5,566 nt of DNA from a virus (taxonomy: Duplodnaviria; Heunggongvirae; Uroviricota; Caudoviricetes), in the IMG/VR virus record IMGVR_UViG_2695420822_000010; one strand, given 5' to 3'. The position numbers were made by a program, and so were the translations under genes. This document shows, in pieces, positions 1 through 5,566 of the stretch. The notes under the pieces were generated by a model. It was not told the DNA's origin. It made no database searches and saw nothing but the letters and a program-made list of their open reading frames with translations. Position 1 is the stretch's first letter. Each line of letters starts with the position of its first letter.

Positions 1-950
1 ACGCGCTTGCGGGTAAGCAACCGAAAGATGCCACCCTGACGGCGCTGGCCGGACTTACTACTGCGGCAGGCAAGTTTCCGTATTTTACGGGGAATGATGT
101 CGCCAGCCTGGCAACCCTGACAAAAGTCGGGCGGGATATTCTTGCGAAATCGACCGTTGCCGCCGTTATCGAATACCTCGGTTTACGAGAACTCGGCACA
201 AGCGGGGAGAAAATACCGTTACTCAGTACAGCGAATACCTGGACTAATCGACAAACATTCAGCGGTGGCCTTTCTGGTGAACTATCCGGCAATGCTTCTA
301 CAGCTGCAAAATTAAAAACTGCCAGGAAAATAAGCAATGTGGCTTTTGATGGTTCCTCCGATATCACATTAAAAGCAAGTCATGTTGGTGCGTTTGCCTT
401 AGGGAAAACAGGAAGCACCGTTGCGAATGATAAAGCAGTTGGATGGAACTGGAGTAGCGGAGCCTATAACGCAACTATTAGTGGTGCATCAACGTTAATT
501 ATTCATTTTTATATGGGAGAAGGAAGTTGTCCTGCAGCTCAGTTTCGGATTAATTATAAAAATGGCGGTATTTTTTATCGTTCAGCCCGTGATGGTTATG
601 GTTTTGAAGCCGACTGGTCCGAATTTTACACCACCAGAAAACCTTCAGCAGGAGATGTTGGTGCACTGCCGTTATCTGGTGGTCAACTGAATGGTGCACT
701 GGGTATCGGAACATCCAGTGCTCTTGGCGGTAATTCGATTGTATTGGGTGATAATGACACGGGCTTTAAACAAAAAGGCGATGGTAATCTGGATGTTTAT
801 GCTAATAACGTCCATGTTATGCGCTTTGTCTCCGGAAGCATTCAAAGTAATAAAACCATAAATATTACGGGACGTGTTAATCCCTCGGATTACGGTAACT
901 TTGATTCCCGCTATGTGAGAGATGTCAGACTTGGCACACGAGTTGTTTAG
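1..950 (+). CDS. stf: Side tail fibre protein (lambdoid Stf-like), C-terminal portion, cassette A. 5' end lies outside the window (codon phase 3); reading frame ends at an in-frame TAG at 948-950.
   Basis: The frame is open from base 3 to 950 with no stop. The translation (..[71 protein letters not shown]) shares a [14 protein letters not shown] block and a VRD(V/I)RLG block with the minus-strand cassette C protein (4292-5104). The supplied ORF 339..950 only starts at the first GTG; the true ORF continues upstream. Confidence 0.8.
   Translation, partial: ALAGKQPKDATLTALAGLTTAAGKFPYFTGNDVASLATLTKVGRDILAKSTVAAVIEYLGLRELGTSGEKIPLLSTANTWTNRQTFSGGLSGELSGNASTAAKLKTARKISNVAFDGSSDITLKASHVGAFALGKTGSTVANDKAVGWNWSSGAYNATISGASTLIIHFYMGEGSCPAAQFRINYKNGGIFYRSARDGYGFEADWSEFYTTRKPSAGDVGALPLSGGQLNGALGIGTSSALGGNSIVLGDNDTGFKQKGDGNLDVYANNVHVMRFVSGSIQSNKTINITGRVNPSDYGNFDSRYVRDVRLGTRVV
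166..191. other. Candidate serine-invertase crossover site (gix/hix/cix/pix-like), 12-2-12 imperfect dyad TTATCGAATACC-TC-GGTTTACGAGAA, inside the tail fibre coding sequence.
   Basis: Read directly. The left half TTATCGAATACC and the reverse complement of the right half TTCTCGTAAACC both fit the half-site TTATCnnAAACC of Hin/Gin-family crossover sites (consensus quoted from memory), with a 2-bp centre. It lies in frame in the tail fibre gene (encodes VIEYLGLRE), as gix sites do in Mu S. Confidence 0.55.
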
Positions 951-1100
951 ACCATGAAGAAAGGCGTGATGTATGAAAAATCAGGCCATGTAATCACGGG
1001 GCTTGGTATTATCGGTGAAGTCGATGGTGATGATCCGGCAGTATTCAGACCAATACAAAAGTTAATTAACGGAACATGGTATAACGTATCGCAGGTATAA
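951..1100 (+). pseudogene. In-frame continuation of cassette A after the TAG at 948-950; encodes the conserved tail-fibre C-terminal end (..[28 protein letters not shown]), stop TAA at 1098-1100. Together with 1-950 it forms one ancestral ORF interrupted by an amber codon.
   Basis: Same frame as 1-950. The translation [49 protein letters not shown] aligns with the C-termini of cassette C (..[41 protein letters not shown]) and cassette B (..[17 protein letters not shown]), and the homology runs straight across the TAG. A tfa start codon follows 2 nt after the stop, as at the other two cassettes. Confidence 0.7.
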
Positions 1101-1102
1101 TC

Positions 1103-1587
1103 ATGCAGCATTTAAAAAACATTGTCGCAGGTAATCCAAAAACCGTTGAACAATACCAGCTAACAAAGAATTTTGATGTTATCTGGTTATGGTCCGAAGA
1201 TGGAAAAAATTGGCATGAGGAATTAAAAAACTTTCAGGAGGATACAATAAAACTGGCTTACACAGTTGAGGGAATAATTATTGCTATAGACAAGGATGTA
1301 TCAGCAATTAATCCAGAAGGTTTAAGTGTCGTTGAGTTGCCTGATATTACAGCAAATCGCCGGGCTGATATTTCGGGCAACTGGATGTTCAAAGATGGTG
1401 CGGTGATAAAGCGAACTTATACCGAGGAAGAGCAAAGGCAACAAGCGGAAAATGAAAAGCAGAGCCTGCTGCAGCTCGTCAGGGATAAAACCCAGCTGTG
1501 GGACTCTCAGCTACAGCTGGGCATCATTTCCGATGAGAATAAACAAAAATTAACCGAGTGGATGCTCTATGCGCAGAAGGTTGAATC
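1103..1587 (+). CDS. tfa: Tail fibre assembly protein (Tfa family chaperone), cassette A; 3' end lost at the N-run 1588-1598.
   Basis: ATG at 1103, 2 nt after the tail-fibre stop. The translation [55 protein letters not shown] is homologous to the other two tfa copies in the window. The tail of the supplied ORF (1599-1660) is IS sequence read in an arbitrary frame after the gap and is not part of tfa. Confidence 0.85.
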
Positions 1588-1598
1588 NNNNNNNNNNN
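1588..1598. other. Run of 11 N (assembly gap or mask) joining the tfa cassette A sequence to the interior of the IS element.
   Basis: Read directly. Coding sequence of two unrelated genes abuts the N-run on either side. Confidence 0.9.
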
Positions 1599-1599
1599 T

Positions 1600-1839
1600 G
1601 AAAATCAACTTTCGATCAGTGAAGGCGCTTCCCGATTATCTCTTCCTGAAGGCACTTTAGGACAATGGGTTACCGCCGCCAGAAAAGGGCTCGGTACTCC
1701 TGGTTCCCGCACGGTGGCTGAACTGGAATCTGAAATTCTGCAACTGCGTAAGGCGTTAAATGAAGCTCGCCTTGAGCGAGATATATTAAAAAAAGCAACA
1801 GCGTATTTTGCACAGGAGTCGCTGAAAAATACGCGTTAA
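1600..1839 (+). CDS. IS3-family transposase OrfA, C-terminal fragment (..ENQLSISEGASRLSLPEGTLGQWVTAARKGLGTPGSRTVAELESEILQLRKALNEARLERDILKKATAYFAQESLKNTR*).
   Basis: Open frame from the gap edge to TAA at 1837-1839. It has the leucine-zipper-like C-terminus characteristic of IS3-family OrfA and carries the slippery A-run near its 3' end. Confidence 0.8.
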   Translation, partial: ENQLSISEGASRLSLPEGTLGQWVTAARKGLGTPGSRTVAELESEILQLRKALNEARLERDILKKATAYFAQESLKNTR

Positions 1840-1874
1840 TCGAACAATGGCGACAACAATTTCCCATTGAAGCG

Positions 1875-2693
1875 ATGTGTCAGGTATTTGGTGTATCCAG
1901 GAGCGGTTATTACAACTGGGTACAGCATGAACCCTCAGACAGAAAACAAAGTGATGAGCGGCTAAAACTGGAGATTAAGGTGGCACATATCCGCACTCGC
2001 GAAACATATGGAACCCGGCGGCTCCAGACGGAGCTGGCAGAGAATGGCATCATCGTTGGTCGTGACCGACTGGCACGTCTTCGTAAGGAGCTAAGGCTAC
2101 GCTGTAAGCAGAAACGCAAGTTCAGAGCGACTACGAACTCGAACCACAATCTGCCAGTTGCGCCAAATCTGCTGAACCAGACGTTCGCTCCTACAGCACC
2201 AAATCAGGTCTGGGTGGCGGACCTGACGTATGTTGCCACACAGGAGGGATGGTTGTACCTCGCTGGCATCAAAGATGTTTATACGTGCGAAATTGTCGGC
2301 TACGCCATGGGAGAGCGCATGACAAAAGAGCTGACAGGTAAAGCCCTGTTTATGGCGCTCAGGAGCCAGCGCCCACCTGCCGGGCTAATCCACCACTCTG
2401 ATCGAGGTTCACAGTACTGCGCATACGATTACCGGGTCATACAGGAGCAGTCTGGTCTGAAAACATCAATGTCGCGTAAAGGTAACTGTTACGACAACGC
2501 TCCGATGGAAAGCTTCTGGGGAACGCTGAAAAATGAGAGCCTGAGCCACTATCGTTTTAATAACCGGGATGAAGCCATCTCAGTAATACGGGAATACATT
2601 GAGATTTTCTACAATCGTCAGCGTCGTCACTCTCGTCTGGGGAATATCTCCCCGGCAGCCTTCAGGGAAAAATATCATCAGATGGCTGCTTAA
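1875..2693 (+). CDS. IS3-family transposase OrfB (DDE catalytic domain). The frame is open from 1791, so it is most likely expressed as an OrfAB fusion by -1 frameshifting at 1788-1794.
   Basis: The 272-aa ORF (MCQVFGVSRSGYYNW..VWVADLTYV..HSDRGSQY..CYDNAPMESFWGTLKNE..) carries the spacing and residues expected of an IS3-family DDE transposase. It lies in the -1 frame relative to OrfA and overlaps it. Confidence 0.9.
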   Translation: MCQVFGVSRSGYYNWVQHEPSDRKQSDERLKLEIKVAHIRTRETYGTRRLQTELAENGIIVGRDRLARLRKELRLRCKQKRKFRATTNSNHNLPVAPNLLNQTFAPTAPNQVWVADLTYVATQEGWLYLAGIKDVYTCEIVGYAMGERMTKELTGKALFMALRSQRPPAGLIHHSDRGSQYCAYDYRVIQEQSGLKTSMSRKGNCYDNAPMESFWGTLKNESLSHYRFNNRDEAISVIREYIEIFYNRQRRHSRLGNISPAAFREKYHQMAA

Positions 2694-2736
2694 AAAAAGA
2701 ACAAATGGTAGTGTCCGCTATTGCCAGTACACCTCA

Positions 2737-3003
2737 GAGTTTTACACCACAACCCGCAAACCCTCTGCGGGAGATGTTGGTGCATATACGCAGGCAGAAT
2801 GTAACTCAAGGTTTATTACAGGTATTCGCCTTGGTGGTCTGTTATCTGTTCAGACATGGAATGGTCCCGGATGGTCTGACAGGTCAGGTTATGTTGTTAC
2901 CGGTTCCGTTAACTCAAACAGAGATGAACTAATTGATACAACTCAGGCAAGGCCAATTCAGTATTGCATTAATGGGACGTGGTATAACGCGGGGAGTATT
3001 TAA
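2737..3003 (+). pseudogene. Tail fibre C-terminal cassette B, 3' fragment ([52 protein letters not shown]), with its 5' part displaced by the IS element.
   Basis: The supplied ORF 2599..3003 is IS terminal sequence up to 2736 and tail-fibre-like only from 2737. The fragment begins exactly at the motif EFYTT(T)RKPSAGDVGA, which is also present in cassette A at 621-665, and ends with the conserved RPIQ..I.G.WYN tip. A tfa start follows 2 nt later. Confidence 0.7.
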
Positions 3004-3005
3004 CG

Positions 3006-3695
3006 ATGATGCACTTAAAAAACATTTCTGCTGGTAATCCTGAAACAAAAGAGCAATACCAGCTAACGAAACAATTTAACATCAAATGGCTTTATACAGA
3101 GGATGGGAAAAACTGGTATGAGGAACAAAAGAACTTTCAGCCTGATACGTTGAAAATGGTCTATGACCACAACGGCGTTATTATTTGTATTGAAAAGGAT
3201 GTTTCAGCAATTAATCCGGAAGGCGCAAGCGTCGTTGAGGTTCCTGATATTACAGCAAATCGCCGGGCTGATATTTCGGGCAACTGGATGTTCAAAGATG
3301 GTGCGGTGATAAAGCGAACTTATACCGAGGAAGAGCAAAGGCAACAAGCGGAAAATGAAAAGCAGAGCCTGCTGCAGCTCGTCNNNNNNNNNNAGGTTCC
3401 TGATATTACAGCAAATCGCCGGGCTGATATTTCAGGTAAATGGATGTTCAAAGATGGCGTAGTGATAAAGCGAACTTATACCGGGGAAGAGCAGAGGCAA
3501 CAAGCGGAAAATGAAAAGCAAAGCCTGCTACAGCTCGTCAGGGATAAAACCCAGCTATGGGACTCACAGCTACGGCTGGGCATTATTTCCGACGAGAATA
3601 AACAAAAATTAACCGAGTGGATGCTCTATGCGCAGAAGGTCGAATCCACAGACACCTCCAGCCTGCCAGTAACGTTTCCCGAACAACCAGAATGA
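3006..3695 (+). CDS. tfa: Tail fibre assembly protein (Tfa family), cassette B. The ORF as assembled contains a 10-N gap (3384-3393) and a duplicated segment of roughly 140 bp, so the real protein is probably about 180 aa rather than 229.
   Basis: [22 protein letters not shown].. with stop TGA at 3693-3695. Segment 3243-3383 is identical to cassette A tfa 1340-1480. The sequence after the gap restarts at the same point (aggttcctgatattacagc..) as a roughly 94%-identical version. Confidence 0.8.
   Translation: MMHLKNISAGNPETKEQYQLTKQFNIKWLYTEDGKNWYEEQKNFQPDTLKMVYDHNGVIICIEKDVSAINPEGASVVEVPDITANRRADISGNWMFKDGAVIKRTYTEEEQRQQAENEKQSLLQLVXXXXVPDITANRRADISGKWMFKDGVVIKRTYTGEEQRQQAENEKQSLLQLVRDKTQLWDSQLRLGIISDENKQKLTEWMLYAQKVESTDTSSLPVTFPEQPE
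3384..3393. other. Run of 10 N inside tfa cassette B, flanked by two overlapping versions of the same tfa segment (contig-overlap join).
   Basis: Read directly; see the duplicated peptide [14 protein letters not shown](N/K)WMFKDG.. on both sides. Confidence 0.9.
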
Positions 3696-3698
3696 GAG

Positions 3699-3718
3699 AA
3701 GGCCCGCTATCGGGCCTT
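3699..3718. terminator. Perfect hairpin AAGGCCCG-CTAT-CGGGCCTT located 3 nt after the tfa cassette B stop, between the convergent tfa genes; candidate bidirectional intrinsic terminator.
   Basis: An 8-bp GC-rich stem with a 4-nt loop, read directly. The downstream U-tract cannot be assessed because the N-run starts at 3719. Confidence 0.5.
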
Positions 3719-3865
3719 NNNNNNNNNNNNNNNNNNNNNNNNNNNNNNNNNNNNNNNNNNNNNNNNNNNNNNNNNNNNNNNNNNNNNNNNNNNNNNNNNN
3801 NNNNNNNNNNNNNNNNNNNNNNNNNNNNNNNNNNNNNNNNNNNNNNNNNNNNNNNNNNNNNNNNN
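3719..3865. other. Run of 147 N; probably hides the 3' end of the minus-strand tfa (cassette C).
   Basis: tfa cassette C shows 141 codons before running into the gap; Tfa proteins in this window run to about 175-185 aa. Confidence 0.8.
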
Positions 3866-4290
3866 GCCATATTCAGCCTGACAGCGCGTTCCAGCGGCTG
3901 GATGACTGATTCAGCTTCGGAAAGCAATGCGGCCTTTTGTGATTCGGCCTGTTGTTGCAGTTCCTGTTCTGTATATTCCCTCTTTACTACTTTACCATCC
4001 AGAAACATCCATTTTCCGTTATTGTCTGCGTGACGATTTGCCGTAATATCAGGAACTTCAACTATGCTTAGCCCTTCAGGATTAATAGTTGAAACGTCTT
4101 TACTGACAGCAACGATGATGTTGTTCTCATCGTAAGCAATTTTTATGGTGTCTGGCTGAAAATTCTTTTGTTCCTCATACCAGTTTTTGCCATCTTCGCA
4201 AAAGAGCCATACCACGCCCGCTTTTTTAGTTAGCTGGTATTGTTCCGGTGTTTTCGGATTCCCGGCCTTAATATTTTTCAGGTGCATCAT
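3866..4290 (-). CDS. tfa: Tail fibre assembly protein (Tfa family), cassette C, minus strand; 3' end lies in the gap.
   Basis: The start is ATG ATG at complement 4290-4285 ([39 protein letters not shown]..), 1 nt after the stop of the minus-strand tail-fibre cassette. The first 12 codons of the supplied ORF ([12 protein letters not shown]) overlap the tail-fibre stop and are not used. Confidence 0.8.
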
Positions 4291-4291
4291 C

Positions 4292-5104
4292 TTAAACACT
4301 CCCCACGTTGTACCATATTCCCCCAATCAATTTCTGAATTGGCCTTCTGGCAACAGTGTCGACAATATCATCCGCATTGCTGTTAATTGCGGCTGTTAAA
4401 ACATAACCTGACGCATCGCCAAAGCCGTAGTCGCGCCATACGTTTTTATATTCAATGCTGCCAAGACGAATATCCCGAACGACATGATTATGCAGCCATG
4501 TGCTTAACCAGTTGTTTTCCCACACTGAACCATAAATATCGCCACTAGACGCAACTTGCGCACCACTTCCCAGCGCAAATCCCCCATCTGTTTTAAAAAT
4601 GAAATCACCACCACCATCTGAACCGTTATTAATATGAACACCATCACCACCGTTATCTTTCCACAAAAACATACGAATTCTTCCGTCTTCGTTGGCGAAT
4701 GTAATGTGGTGGCGGTAATTACTTTTTAATCTAAAATTGCTGCCATTAGATTCAATATCTTTATAAAGATGTAATCCTAACTCATCAATATGTCCGATGC
4801 GCGAACCATTTGAATAGAAGCTAATAATACCATCTCCATCTTGCCTAAATCCGGTGTCGTTATCTCCCAGAACAATGGAGTTTTCACCCAGTGCGTTATC
4901 AGTAGCTCCAATAGCTAGACCTCCTTTAATTTTGGCCCCGTGGCTGACAGATATAGCACCTGTTCTCAGATTTATAGCGAATGGCCTTAATGGGCCGATA
5001 TTACCGTTTTCGCCTTGTCCTTCAGCCGTCGGAATGAAATGAAGAAAATCTTCTGAACGACGGAAAATTAGACCGAAGGTATCATTGAAAATTCGCAGCG
5101 CATT
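4292..5104 (-). CDS. Tail fibre C-terminal cassette C, minus strand (receptor-binding tip variant); 5' part hidden by the 381-N run.
   Basis: Stop TAA at complement 4294-4292. The translation ..[58 protein letters not shown] shares blocks with cassette A but carries about 74 extra residues between the GDNDTGF block and the tip. Confidence 0.8.
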   Translation of the reverse strand, partial: NALRIFNDTFGLIFRRSEDFLHFIPTAEGQGENGNIGPLRPFAINLRTGAISVSHGAKIKGGLAIGATDNALGENSIVLGDNDTGFRQDGDGIISFYSNGSRIGHIDELGLHLYKDIESNGSNFRLKSNYRHHITFANEDGRIRMFLWKDNGGDGVHINNGSDGGGDFIFKTDGGFALGSGAQVASSGDIYGSVWENNWLSTWLHNHVVRDIRLGSIEYKNVWRDYGFGDASGYVLTAAINSNADDIVDTVARRPIQKLIGGIWYNVGSV

Positions 5105-5485
5105 NNNNNNNNNNNNNNNNNNNNNNNNNNNNNNNNNNNNNNNNNNNNNNNNNNNNNNNNNNNNNNNNNNNNNNNNNNNNNNNNNNNNNNNNNNNNNNNN
5201 NNNNNNNNNNNNNNNNNNNNNNNNNNNNNNNNNNNNNNNNNNNNNNNNNNNNNNNNNNNNNNNNNNNNNNNNNNNNNNNNNNNNNNNNNNNNNNNNNNNN
5301 NNNNNNNNNNNNNNNNNNNNNNNNNNNNNNNNNNNNNNNNNNNNNNNNNNNNNNNNNNNNNNNNNNNNNNNNNNNNNNNNNNNNNNNNNNNNNNNNNNNN
5401 NNNNNNNNNNNNNNNNNNNNNNNNNNNNNNNNNNNNNNNNNNNNNNNNNNNNNNNNNNNNNNNNNNNNNNNNNNNNNNNNNNNNN
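5105..5485. other. Run of 381 N inside the minus-strand tail-fibre cassette.
   Basis: Read directly. Confidence 0.9.
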
Positions 5486-5566
5486 GTCACTGTATGCGGC
5501 ATCTTGTCGTGCTGGTGGTGGAAGCCTAGAAAAAGTATCGGGTGTTGCTGAACCGTGTTGATACAT

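Larger units (their letters stand above)
1599..2736 (+). mobile_element. IS3-family insertion sequence (IS600-like from memory), 5'-truncated by the gap; right terminus at about 2736 (..GTGTCCGCTATTGCCAGTACACCTCA).
   Basis: It contains an OrfA C-terminal region and a full OrfB in the -1 frame, with a run of seven A (1788-1794) as slippery site, which is typical IS3-family organisation. The element ends in ..CA immediately before tail-fibre coding homology resumes at 2737. About 1.14 kb is visible, against roughly 1.2-1.3 kb for complete IS3-group elements. Confidence 0.85.

Noticed and set aside
1599-1660. C-terminal tail of supplied ORF 1103..1660 (KINFRSVKALPDYLFLKAL)
   Set aside because: Sequence after the N-run is IS OrfA DNA; the frame across an N-run is arbitrary.
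1670-1867. 65-aa minus-strand ORF
   Set aside because: Antisense to the IS OrfA coding region with no supporting features; a frame artefact.
1910-2149. 79-aa minus-strand ORF
   Set aside because: Lies entirely antisense within the transposase OrfB.
2599-2736. N-terminal 46 codons of supplied ORF 2599..3003 (MRFSTIVSVV..)
   Set aside because: This is the 3' end of the IS element read in another frame; tail-fibre homology starts only at 2737.
2808-2830. GGTTTATTACAG, resembling one half of a crossover site
   Set aside because: No matching left half (no ..AAACC 2 bp upstream), so it is not a credible 26-bp site.
2705-2932. 75-aa plus-strand ORF
   Set aside because: Out of frame with and overlapping the tail-fibre cassette B fragment; no similarity to anything else in the window.
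3243-3542. Direct repeat inside tfa cassette B, considered as a tandem duplication or a DGR template/variable repeat pair
   Set aside because: The copies flank an N-run and begin at the same point, as in a contig-overlap join. Differences between the copies are mixed transitions, not adenine-specific, and no reverse transcriptase gene is present.
3583-3865. 3' portion of supplied minus-strand ORF 3583..4326
   Set aside because: It runs through 147 N and then antisense to tfa cassette B; only 3866-4290 is real tfa coding sequence.
3617-4033. 138-aa plus-strand ORF
   Set aside because: Mostly N-derived X residues and antisense to tfa cassette C.
4187-4399. 70-aa plus-strand ORF
   Set aside because: Antisense across the tfa C / tail-fibre C junction.
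4854-5042. 62-aa plus-strand ORF
   Set aside because: Antisense within tail-fibre cassette C.
5068-5561. Two ORFs (5068..5502 minus, 5085..5561 plus) composed almost entirely of X
   Set aside because: Artefacts of translating the 381-N run.
5486-5566. Apparent start MYQHGSATPD.. of the minus-strand tail-fibre ORF at the window edge
   Set aside because: The frame across 381 N is arbitrary and none of the three minus frames of these 81 bp resembles tail-fibre sequence; not a supported start codon.
1-5566. CRISPR arrays, tRNA or rRNA genes
   Set aside because: No short regularly spaced direct repeats and no tRNA-like or rRNA-like sequence were seen; the window is almost entirely protein-coding or IS DNA.

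Overview
This window reads as a prophage tail-fibre host-range region from an enterobacterial (E. coli/Shigella-like) draft assembly. It holds the 3' part of a side tail fibre gene (Stf-like, + strand) containing a 26-bp sequence with the architecture of a Gin/Hin/Cin/Pin-type invertase crossover site. Three alternative tail-fibre C-terminal cassettes follow, each directly followed by its own tail fibre assembly chaperone gene (Tfa family): cassette A on + (1-1100 / 1103-1587), cassette B on + (2737-3003 / 3006-3695) and cassette C on - (4292-5104 / 3866-4290). Cassettes B and C converge on a hairpin terminator. A 5'-truncated IS3-family element (IS600-like from memory; 1599-2736) abuts cassette B. 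Four N-runs (1588-1598, 3384-3393, 3719-3865, 5105-5485) behave like scaffold gaps placed inside repeats, so several ORFs in the supplied track are chimeric or artefactual and cassette order is not guaranteed. The most likely system is a DNA-invertase-driven tail-fibre switching locus (Mu G / P1 C / e14 P / p15B Min type) whose recombinase gene is not visible here. No rRNA, tRNA or CRISPR array was seen. All homology statements rest on reading the translations and on recalled family features, not on database searches.
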